Positions 52,922 to 61,397 of a stretch of 64,000 nt of DNA are shown here, one piece after another. The position numbers were made by a program, and so were the translations under genes. The stretch comes from an uncultured virus (IMG/VR IMGVR_UViG_3300038393_002953) (taxonomy: Duplodnaviria; Heunggongvirae; Uroviricota; Caudoviricetes), in the IMG/VR virus record IMGVR_UViG_3300038393_002953; one strand, 5' to 3'. The notes under the pieces were generated by a model, which worked only from the letters and a program-made list of their open reading frames with translations, was not told where the DNA came from and did no database searches. Each line of letters opens with the position of its first letter. Position 1 is the stretch's first letter.

Positions 52922-55230
52922 TGAAAGCTTACTTTTTCCTCTCGCTGCTCGATCAGGACGACCGCCCGATCTCGGGCTGGGGCGAGAACCTCGTACTGGA
53001 CGCGGGCATCGAGGCGCTGCGCGGCCACCACGGCCAGGGCATGTTCTACCTGCCACGGCTGCTGATCGGCGGATCGGACTACCCCGCGAAGCCGGAACAG
53101 CCCGGGCTGCTCAAGCCCCTCTACGCCGCCGACGCGGGCATCCTGACCGCGACGCAGGACAACCACGACCCCTACGTCTTCTTCACGGCCTACGCCGACT
53201 TCGCCGAGGACGAGGCGACCGGGCGCTGGGCCGAGATGAGCTTCAACGGGTGGAACCGCTCGCTGTTCACCGCTCCCGCGTCGTTGCCGGACGGCCTGTA
53301 CGGGTATGCGGTCACGGCCTACAACGCCCATGGCGAGAGCCCGGTCTCGACGATCCGGGAGGCGATCGTGTCTTCCCCGCCGTGCGCGACGGGCTTGCAG
53401 GCGCGAAGGGGCGCGACCGCGCTGCCCAACCGCGTCGAACTGCTGACCGATAGCCCCCAGACCGACACGATCCAGGTCCACTTCATGACGCTCTCCTGGG
53501 CCACCGGCGTCTCCGGCTGCCTGAAGTGGGTCGCGGCTCGCCGCCCGGACGTCACGGATCTGGCCCACACCTTCGCGATCGCGATCGGTCGCGACGGACT
53601 CTACTACTACGAATACGACGGCTTCCGCATGCCGCTGGACCCGCAGCCTATCGCCGATCAGGAGCGCACGTTCGCGCTGCCCGCCTCGGGCACCGGGGAG
53701 CGCTGGCGCGCCCGCGCGATCCTAGACGTGTCCGCCTGGCCCAGGAAAGAGGGCGACGACGCCTGGCGGCGATCGGACGGCTCGATTGCGACGGAGGCAG
53801 AGTTCTTCGGCGACCAGCCGGTCGTGCGGTTTCGCGAGGGCAGTTTCGGCACGACACACCAGGCTTACTACTCCGCCTCTTCCGCGCTGTCGGGGCCGCT
53901 GATGCCCTACAACCAGGTCGCGCTGCCCGCCGGGTACGGCTACAACCCCGCGTATGACCCCGGCGGCGCGCGCTACGCGTTCGACTTCATCGGCGCGCCG
54001 GACGACCAGATCGATCCGACGCTCTACCCGGGCGATCGCCCCTACCACGTCCCCTTCCAGGCCTTCTGGCGCTCCGGTCAAGCCGACTCGTTCGATGGCG
54101 AGGTCTTCGAGCAGCCAGGTGTGTTCCGGCTGACCATGTGGAAGGGCGCCCAGGAGCCCGGCGCCGACGACATGGCCGAGATCGACATCTACGGCGCGGG
54201 CCGCACGGGTGGGGCGTTCCTGGAGTGGGCGCACGTCGATCGGATCGGGCCGGGCGGCTGGCCCGAGGGCTACCGGGTCTACCGCCGCAAGCCGGACGGT
54301 ACACTCGGTCGTCTGGCCGACTTGCCCGCCGCCTTCGCGCGCGACCCCCAGGGCGTCATGCGCGGGAGCGGCGACACGCACTTCTGGGATCGCGGCGAGG
54401 TCGCCCCCGACGCCGCCCCGGCCCCGAGCTTCACGGGTGCCGCCGCGATCGACGGCGCGTCCTTCGTCGCGCAGGCCAGGGCGGGCATGCTGCCGAAGCC
54501 CCTGGTCAAGGACGGCATGATGCGCGGGCGGCTGAGCGCGCAGATCTTCTTCTACGACTTCAACGCGAACGACCCGACGGGCGTGACGATCGCGCCCCAT
54601 GAGGCGACCGTGAGGGCGGGTGAGTCTCTGGTGCTGACCGGGCACGTCGTGAACGACTACGGCGAGCCCATGCCGGGCCTGACGCTCGACTGGTCAGCGC
54701 CCTCCGGCGGCACGATCGCCCCCAGCCCTGACACCACCACGGCCTCGTTCGGCCAGACCACCGCCGGGGTCTACGCGGTGCAGGCCTCCTACCAGGACGC
54801 GGGTGACGCCTGCACCGTCACGGTCGTGCCCGGCGACATGGCGTCGCTGGCGCTCGGCGATCCCGCGCTGACCGCAGGCGTCGAGGGCGGCTGGGACGGG
54901 GCGCGCGAGACGCTCTCGCTGACGCTGCCGGAGGGCGGAGCGGGGAGCGCGCAGGTGCCGGTTTCCGGCCTCGACGCCTACGGCAACGCCGCGAGCGCGT
55001 TCGCGCGCAACTGGAGCCTGGACGGGACCTCCCAGCGCGACGCGGGCGCGGACGGCGCCTACGTCGGGCCGCCCCATGACGTCGAGACCCCGGTCGCGCG
55101 GCTCACGGGCGACGGCGTGATCGAGCTTCTCGCGCCCGGAGCTGCTATAATCGAGGTGAGGGAGATCCTCGACGGCGGCCAGCCGTCGCCGGTCACGAGG
55201 TCGTTCAGCCTGTCCTTCTCCTGGAGGTAG
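52921..55230 (+). CDS. Tail protein: collar-like domain (paralog 4) with large insert and C-terminal Ig-like domains
   Basis: NLV..EATGRWAEMSF..NRSLF; YGYAVTAYNAHGESP FN3-like; VTIAP..ATVRAGES Ig-like. Confidence 0.65.
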   Translation: MKAYFFLSLLDQDDRPISGWGENLVLDAGIEALRGHHGQGMFYLPRLLIGGSDYPAKPEQPGLLKPLYAADAGILTATQDNHDPYVFFTAYADFAEDEATGRWAEMSFNGWNRSLFTAPASLPDGLYGYAVTAYNAHGESPVSTIREAIVSSPPCATGLQARRGATALPNRVELLTDSPQTDTIQVHFMTLSWATGVSGCLKWVAARRPDVTDLAHTFAIAIGRDGLYYYEYDGFRMPLDPQPIADQERTFALPASGTGERWRARAILDVSAWPRKEGDDAWRRSDGSIATEAEFFGDQPVVRFREGSFGTTHQAYYSASSALSGPLMPYNQVALPAGYGYNPAYDPGGARYAFDFIGAPDDQIDPTLYPGDRPYHVPFQAFWRSGQADSFDGEVFEQPGVFRLTMWKGAQEPGADDMAEIDIYGAGRTGGAFLEWAHVDRIGPGGWPEGYRVYRRKPDGTLGRLADLPAAFARDPQGVMRGSGDTHFWDRGEVAPDAAPAPSFTGAAAIDGASFVAQARAGMLPKPLVKDGMMRGRLSAQIFFYDFNANDPTGVTIAPHEATVRAGESLVLTGHVVNDYGEPMPGLTLDWSAPSGGTIAPSPDTTTASFGQTTAGVYAVQASYQDAGDACTVTVVPGDMASLALGDPALTAGVEGGWDGARETLSLTLPEGGAGSAQVPVSGLDAYGNAASAFARNWSLDGTSQRDAGADGAYVGPPHDVETPVARLTGDGVIELLAPGAAIIEVREILDGGQPSPVTRSFSLSFSWR

Positions 55231-55237
55231 AAACGTT

Positions 55238-55639
55238 ATGTTTGAGTGGGTCGCGCTGGGCGCCGCCACCTGGGAGAGCCGACGCCACCCCTTCTACAAG
55301 GTCCAGCAGCAGGGCCTGCGCGAGTTCCGCCTGCGCCTGCCCGCGCGCGACCGCGAGATCCGCGTGGACCTCATGACCGGCGAGTTCTGGATCAACGGCA
55401 GGCATGCTTTCGACCACGACTTGAACCTGCTGCGAGCCCAGCAACGCACGCCCTATCGCCTGTTCTACGAGCAGCGCGCCTCCATGGAGTTCGACGTCTA
55501 CGCCATGGAGGGCGAGAAGCGCCGCATCAACGAAGCCGTGATCGGCTGGTGGACCGACACCCACCGGGTCTACTGGCGCCTCCTGGCGGATGGCCGGATC
55601 TTCTTCCACAAGGAGCCCTACACCGTATGTCTACGTTGA
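55238..55639 (+). CDS. Hypothetical protein
   Basis: 133 aa, GGAGG RBS. Confidence 0.7.
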   Translation: MFEWVALGAATWESRRHPFYKVQQQGLREFRLRLPARDREIRVDLMTGEFWINGRHAFDHDLNLLRAQQRTPYRLFYEQRASMEFDVYAMEGEKRRINEAVIGWWTDTHRVYWRLLADGRIFFHKEPYTVCLR

Positions 55640-56994
55640 TCAACCGCTTCAAGCTTCCGGACAACGCGCACCGTGGCAATGACAACCAGACGATCACCAG
55701 CCACGACACGAGCGCGGCGCTCTTCTGCACCGAGACGGGCCTCGTGGGGCTCTACCTGAACAACGATCGCAACAACGCCTACTCCTCGCACGTCTCGCTC
55801 TACAACCCGGCGATCGGCAGCGACGCGCTCCAGTCGCCCTTCGCGGAGTTCGTCTTCGGCGACCGTATGAAGGTCTGCTACTCGATCGCGGACAAGGGCA
55901 TCCTCGCGCTGCCTTGGGGCTATGGCAGCGGCAGGGCGCCGGTCTTCCTGATGAACCCGCAAACCGGCGCGGTTCAGGCCTACAAGGGCGTGAATACCTC
56001 CATGAGCCCGCCGGATAGCCCGCTGAACTACAACGACTACAACCTCTCCAGCAGCCTGGCGATCGCCTACGACGGCGCCAACCTGCATATGCTGACCGAC
56101 ACCGGCTACGTCTGGGTGATCGACATCGGCCTGGACCCCTCGCGGGCGCTGCGCATGTACTACGCGCCCTTCGGCCCTAACACATGCTCGATGTGCTACG
56201 ACGGCGCGGGCGCGATCTACTTCGGCTCGGGCGGCGGCCTCTCTTCGCATGTTGCGAAGGTCAAGGTCGGTACGGGCGGCGCCACACCTGAGGGCACGGT
56301 CCTGAAGACCTGGGTCTTCGACGAGTTCAACACCGACCCCGACCTGACCGGGAAGCAGACGCTCGTGGCCTGGACGGGACGCATGCTGATGGTCAACCGC
56401 AAGGGCGACGATCGCGTCTACCGCTTCGACCTGCGCTCGGAGGTCAAGTTCGTCGTGGCGAGCCCCTCCCCAGCGCGCGTGCCGTCCGACGGCGTGACGA
56501 ACTCGCAGATCCCGGTTCAGGCCCTCGACGAGAGCGGGCTCGGCATGTCCGGCGCGCGCGTCCACGGTTACATCGACAACGGCCAGCGCCCCGAGGCCAC
56601 CAAGACCAGCGCGCTGACCGACGTGGCGATCACTGCTAGCGAGCAGGACGGCGCCACCGCTCCGGTGGCGGGCGTCTATACGCTCTCGGTCGAGGCGGGC
56701 ACCGACCCGGCCAGCTACAAGCTGAGCTACAACGGCGCCGTGATCGACAACGTGCCCTACGGCGCGACCGGCGTGGCACTCCATGGCGGGGCTGCCGGGC
56801 TTCTGACCGTGAGCGCGGGCTCGGGAGGTGCCACGGGCGACGAGTCCGTCTCGGTCGCGCTGGTGCCGCGCCCGGTCTTCGGCACGCTGCTGAGCGCCTA
56901 CGAGTACACCAACGCCTCGGGCGACGCCTTCTTCAACTACCGCGCGGGGACGACGCCCGGCACCGACTACCTCTACTTCGACGTGGAATACTAA
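55627..56994 (+). CDS. Tail protein: beta-propeller-like N-terminus plus Ig-like (Big-1-like) domain
   Basis: Start MSTLINRF at 55627; AIAYDG/MCYDG blades; PSDGVTNSQI.V...TNASGDA. Confidence 0.6.
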   Translation: MSTLINRFKLPDNAHRGNDNQTITSHDTSAALFCTETGLVGLYLNNDRNNAYSSHVSLYNPAIGSDALQSPFAEFVFGDRMKVCYSIADKGILALPWGYGSGRAPVFLMNPQTGAVQAYKGVNTSMSPPDSPLNYNDYNLSSSLAIAYDGANLHMLTDTGYVWVIDIGLDPSRALRMYYAPFGPNTCSMCYDGAGAIYFGSGGGLSSHVAKVKVGTGGATPEGTVLKTWVFDEFNTDPDLTGKQTLVAWTGRMLMVNRKGDDRVYRFDLRSEVKFVVASPSPARVPSDGVTNSQIPVQALDESGLGMSGARVHGYIDNGQRPEATKTSALTDVAITASEQDGATAPVAGVYTLSVEAGTDPASYKLSYNGAVIDNVPYGATGVALHGGAAGLLTVSAGSGGATGDESVSVALVPRPVFGTLLSAYEYTNASGDAFFNYRAGTTPGTDYLYFDVEY

Positions 56995-56995
56995 C

Positions 56996-57931
56996 ATGGG
57001 CGCCGACGTCCGCCTGCGAGACGCGACCGGCGCCGCCGATCTCGCCACGATCCCGCTGCCCTCCACGACCCCGGGGACGCCCTCGGCGCCCCGGGCGATC
57101 GCGCTGGTCAACGTGGGCGATCGCGCCGCCGAGTCGATCGCGCTCCAGGTGCTGCCGAACCCCAAGCTGACGAACCTCCAGGGCGCGCCGGTCGTCTCGG
57201 TCTCGCCCGTGAACGCGAGCGCCATGCCGGGCGCCTACGCGCTGGCCTTCTCGCTGAGCGGCGCGCAGTGGCGGGTTTCGGTCAACGGCTCGTCGGCGAT
57301 CGCGATCACCGCAGACGGCGCGACCCCGCAGACGGGGGTGATCCCGGGCCTCGCGATCGTCTTCTCGGCCTCGCTATCCGCCTCGAACCAGGCGCGAATC
57401 GACCTCGACGACGGCCACTACTACGTCCAGCTCGCGGCCTCGCCCACGACGGCGCCCGGAGGCTACGCCCAATCCCTCTCGCTCGGCACGCTGCCGCCCC
57501 TGAACGCCAACCTCGCGCTGGCCGCCGAGAGCGTCGCCGACGAGGCCTCCGCGCTGCCTCCCGGCGACTACGCCTACGCGCTGGTGGCGGTGCTGACGGA
57601 CGGCACGACGCTGCCTCCCGTCAGGGTCAGCGTATCGGCGTCTGCGGGCACCAAGACCCGCCTGTCCTGGGGAGCGCCCTTCTCGGGCGTCCAGGCTGTT
57701 CGGATCTACGTCGGCCCCACCGCCGGATCCGAGGCGCTGCTGGTCGAGCTGCCACCGACCGCGACCGAGACGTTCGATACGACGGGCGTCCCCACCGGGG
57801 CCGACGCGCCACCCGAGAACCCGGACGCCTACGTCCGCAAGGCCTACCTGCGCCACCTGACCCAAGACGACACCCCTCTCGCCGCCTCGCCCCGCACCTA
57901 CCGCTTGCGCGCGTCGGGCGACGGCCTCTAG
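56996..57931 (+). CDS. Tail structural protein with FN3-like module
   Basis: GDYAYALVAV..LSW..RIYVG. Confidence 0.6.
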   Translation: MGADVRLRDATGAADLATIPLPSTTPGTPSAPRAIALVNVGDRAAESIALQVLPNPKLTNLQGAPVVSVSPVNASAMPGAYALAFSLSGAQWRVSVNGSSAIAITADGATPQTGVIPGLAIVFSASLSASNQARIDLDDGHYYVQLAASPTTAPGGYAQSLSLGTLPPLNANLALAAESVADEASALPPGDYAYALVAVLTDGTTLPPVRVSVSASAGTKTRLSWGAPFSGVQAVRIYVGPTAGSEALLVELPPTATETFDTTGVPTGADAPPENPDAYVRKAYLRHLTQDDTPLAASPRTYRLRASGDGL

Positions 57932-57941
57932 GGGGGTGCCC

Positions 57942-60900
57942 ATGGCCGTCTTCAGCGAAGCCGTCGGCTACTTCGGGCTCCAGGCCCCCATCGCCCCCGT
58001 GGAGGCGACGGGGGGCTTCGCGCTGAAGGAGGCGGGCTACTTCTTCGAGGACTGGCTGGCGTTCTCGTCCGGCGACGCGACGGGCGGGGCGGCAGACTAC
58101 GCCTCGAACGCGCTCGTCTTTGGCGCCGCCGGGGGCGACTGGACCTCCCCGCTGCTCGACACCCAGGGCTGGGCGATCGGGGCATGGGACGGCTGGGAGG
58201 CGCTGACCTCCTCCGGCGCGGCGGCGTCTCTGGAAGCACGCTCGACCGACGATCCGGCGAGCCCGGCGGACTGGATCCCCCAGGCCGCTGGGACGCTTTC
58301 CGTGCCGATCCGTCGCTACCTCCAGTTCCGGGTCACGGTGAGCGCCCCGGGGGGCGCGCTGGCCTCGCTCGCGCTCTTCTGGGTCCGCCAGAAGCTCGTC
58401 GCCGCGAGCGCCTCGCCCGCCCCGATCGCCGTGGGCGGCGCTCACACGATCGGCCAGGCGCCCCTGCTGAACGAGACCAAGACGGCCAGCCCAGCGCCGA
58501 CCGCCATGGCCGTCGAGACCCGCCACCAGACGACAGGGCCCGTGGCGATCGCCGAGGTCGCGCCGATCGGCGGCCTGCTCCGCCATACGATGGAGCGGCG
58601 CGATGACGACGGTTCCTCTTACTCGCGCGTCGCGCTGCCGAACGGCAGCCGCTTCCGCAAGACCCTGAACCTGCCCACGCGCCCCCAGGGCCAGGGCATG
58701 GTGATGCTGGAGATCGGTATCGATCGACCGGGTAAGACCTCATCGGACGCCGACCCGATCGTGGACGTCGCCACGATCGGCCCCGTCTGGGTCTCGGTCA
58801 ACGGCGTCGCCTTCGACGCCCGTTCGGCGCTCGCGGGCGCGCTGATGGAGGACCGTCTGAACCGGGTCGCGCTGCCTTCCTCCGCCTTCGCGCTGGGCGA
58901 CAACCTGATCGAGGTCTGGAACGAGCCCTCGGCGGGCGAGACGCTCTACGCGGGCCTGGACGCGGGGGACATGGCGGCGAGCGGGCCTTTCCGCCGTCCT
59001 GGCCCCGACTCCGCCATCGCCGCGCCCCTCATGTTGACCCCGATCCTCTCGGGGCCGGACGCGCGCGTCAGCGCCTCGTCGCAATACTCGGACTGGGCGC
59101 CCTACCGCGTCTTCGACGGCCTGAAGACCGACCGCAACGCGAACTGCTGGGCCTCCGACGGCTCGGGCTTCCCGCAGTGGCTGCGCTGGGACTGCGGCGC
59201 GCCCACGCGGCTGACCGGCTACGCCGTGGTCACGGACGGCGGTCTCGCGCCAGATCAACGCCCGTCTGCATGGCAGCTCCAGGGCTCCAACGACGACGGC
59301 GCGACCTGGGACGTGCTGGACGACCAGGCGGGTGTCACCTGGCAGCCCCTGGAGGAGAAAGCCTTCGCCGTCGATGCGACCTACGCCTCCTACCGGCTCT
59401 ACCTGACCCAGGCGAGCGGCTCGAACTACCTGACCATCGCCGAGTGGAAGCTGTCCGGCGCGGGCATGGTCGCCACGCCGATCGCCGACGGCGAGCTGCG
59501 CTTCTGGGCCTACTCGCCCGAGCCGCGCGTGGTCGAGAGCAACCTCTTCCTGCGCCAGCTCGATGCATCCGTCGAGATCGTCCGGCCCGCCGCCGGGCTG
59601 GAGGTCTCGGCGCTGATCGAGCAGGCCTCGTCCGCCGACCTGGACGCGAGCGCGGACGTCATGGTGGGCCGCCAGGTCGCGCTCGACGCCTCCGCCGAGA
59701 TCACGCGAGACGCCACCGACCTGCCCGCGTCCGCCTACGCCACGGCGCCCGCGTCGCTAGGGGCCGACGCGACCGTCACGCGCCCCGACGCGACGCTTCC
59801 CGCCTCGGCGACCGTCACGGCGCCCGTGGACCTGCCCGGCTCGTTCGACCTGGCCTTCTACCTGGACCTCGACGCGATGGGTCAGATCGTGAGGGCCTAC
59901 GCGGATCTGCCCTGCCAGGTGACGATCAAGACGGTGCTGGACCTAGACGTATCCGCCACGCTGGTCGCGCCGATCCACCTCGCGGCCTCCGCCACGATCG
60001 TCACGCCCACGATCGCGCTGGATGCCTCTTTCTCGATCTCGCGGGACGGGGGCACGCTGCTGCCCGCCTACGCGACGACGGCCCGTCCCGCGAAAGACCT
60101 CCCGGGCGCCTTCATGGTCTCGGGCGCGTTCGGGCGGGATCTGGACGCCAGTGCCCGCGTGCGCCGCTCGTCCGAGACCGCGCTGGACCTCTCCGTCGTT
60201 TTGGCCGAGCCCGCCCAGTACCTGCCCATGAGCGCGAGCGTCACGCGCGTCCCGGTGCTGGACGCCTCTTTCTCGATCGCGCGGCCCGCCAAGGACTTCC
60301 CCGCGAGCGCCGAGGTGATCACGGCGGGCATAGGCGCGCTCGACGCCATGACGGAGATCTACCGACCCTACCGGGCGCTTCCCATGAGCGCGCTGGTGGC
60401 GGTGCCGCACGCGACCTCCCTGGCCGCGCGCGCCACGGTCATGGACACCTCGCGCGCCACGAGCCTGCCCGCCTACGCCTCCGTGATCCCGCTGCGCGAG
60501 AAGGCGCTCTTCTTCCGGGCCGATGTGCTGCCCTACCGCGAGCTGGGCGTCACGGCGGAGATCTACCGGCCCTACGACGATCTGCTCGCCTCGGCGACGA
60601 TCCGCACGCGCGCGGAGGGCTCTGTGATCGCCGACGCGCTCTACGCCGCGACCTCCGAGAACGTGTCGATGAGCTGGCAGACCATCCAGCCGCTCGACGC
60701 GCTCACGCGTGATACAATGGGCATAAGGCTCTCGGACGGGGACGCCGCCGACTACGACGAGCTGCCCTTCAAGGAGGGTCGGACCGTCGAGCGCGCGGAA
60801 CTCGGCCTGGCGGACGCGGAGATCGGCTTCCGGACCTACGCGGACGACAACGCCAACTGGGGTATGCCCGTCAAGCTCACCAACAACCTCTACCCGAACG

Positions 60901-61388
60901 AGGTCGTCTCCAACCCCTTCCTGGGCGCGATCGACGACGTGCTGGTGGTGGGCTTCGAGGCGGGCAACGGCGACCCCGATCTGACCCGGCTGCACGTCGT
61001 GCGGCGGGACGGGCCGGACGCCTGGACGCCGATCAAGCAGGTGGAGGGCACCGCCGGTTCGATCGCGGGCGGCGCGCTGCGCTTCACCGGCGAGGAGGGC
61101 GTCTACGAATGGGTGCCCCCGGGCCCCGGCGACGACGCCTACGAGATCGAGGCGCCCTTCGACCCGATCGAGCGACGCGACCGCCGCGAGATGGCGCTGG
61201 CCTGGGACGTGCTGCTCTACGAGATGCAGAAGCAGGGCGAGATCGTCTACCCACCTCCTGCCTGGCCGCGCAACCCGATGACCGACCACCTGGTCCTCTC
61301 GATCCGCGAGGTCGCCCCCACCGAGCCGGGGAGCCTGGAGCCGGACTTCTCCTACCAGCCCACCTTCGACGACATCATCATCCAGTAG
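57942..61388 (+). CDS. Tail fibre / receptor-binding protein with discoidin (F5/8 type C) domain and repeat shaft
   Basis: SASSQY..PYRVFDG..WAS..PQWL..PSAWQLQGSND..W..LD..YRLY at ~59070-59460; 27 short repeats follow. Confidence 0.75.
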   Translation: MAVFSEAVGYFGLQAPIAPVEATGGFALKEAGYFFEDWLAFSSGDATGGAADYASNALVFGAAGGDWTSPLLDTQGWAIGAWDGWEALTSSGAAASLEARSTDDPASPADWIPQAAGTLSVPIRRYLQFRVTVSAPGGALASLALFWVRQKLVAASASPAPIAVGGAHTIGQAPLLNETKTASPAPTAMAVETRHQTTGPVAIAEVAPIGGLLRHTMERRDDDGSSYSRVALPNGSRFRKTLNLPTRPQGQGMVMLEIGIDRPGKTSSDADPIVDVATIGPVWVSVNGVAFDARSALAGALMEDRLNRVALPSSAFALGDNLIEVWNEPSAGETLYAGLDAGDMAASGPFRRPGPDSAIAAPLMLTPILSGPDARVSASSQYSDWAPYRVFDGLKTDRNANCWASDGSGFPQWLRWDCGAPTRLTGYAVVTDGGLAPDQRPSAWQLQGSNDDGATWDVLDDQAGVTWQPLEEKAFAVDATYASYRLYLTQASGSNYLTIAEWKLSGAGMVATPIADGELRFWAYSPEPRVVESNLFLRQLDASVEIVRPAAGLEVSALIEQASSADLDASADVMVGRQVALDASAEITRDATDLPASAYATAPASLGADATVTRPDATLPASATVTAPVDLPGSFDLAFYLDLDAMGQIVRAYADLPCQVTIKTVLDLDVSATLVAPIHLAASATIVTPTIALDASFSISRDGGTLLPAYATTARPAKDLPGAFMVSGAFGRDLDASARVRRSSETALDLSVVLAEPAQYLPMSASVTRVPVLDASFSIARPAKDFPASAEVITAGIGALDAMTEIYRPYRALPMSALVAVPHATSLAARATVMDTSRATSLPAYASVIPLREKALFFRADVLPYRELGVTAEIYRPYDDLLASATIRTRAEGSVIADALYAATSENVSMSWQTIQPLDALTRDTMGIRLSDGDAADYDELPFKEGRTVERAELGLADAEIGFRTYADDNANWGMPVKLTNNLYPNEVVSNPFLGAIDDVLVVGFEAGNGDPDLTRLHVVRRDGPDAWTPIKQVEGTAGSIAGGALRFTGEEGVYEWVPPGPGDDAYEIEAPFDPIERRDRREMALAWDVLLYEMQKQGEIVYPPPAWPRNPMTDHLVLSIREVAPTEPGSLEPDFSYQPTFDDIIIQ
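59556..60614 (+). repeat. 27 tandem 12-15 aa repeats, consensus xL(D/P)AS(A/F)x(V/I)
   Basis: e.g. DLDASADV, DLPASAYA, TLPASATV, ALDASFSI, DLLASATI. Confidence 0.85.
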
Positions 61389-61397
61389 GTCTTGACC

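Noticed and set aside
52646..53056. Minus-strand 136-aa ORF explaining the 52.7-52.9 kb gap
   Set aside because: Opposes the operon, overlaps genes at both ends and has poor codon usage; the IS-like hairpin ends explain the gap better
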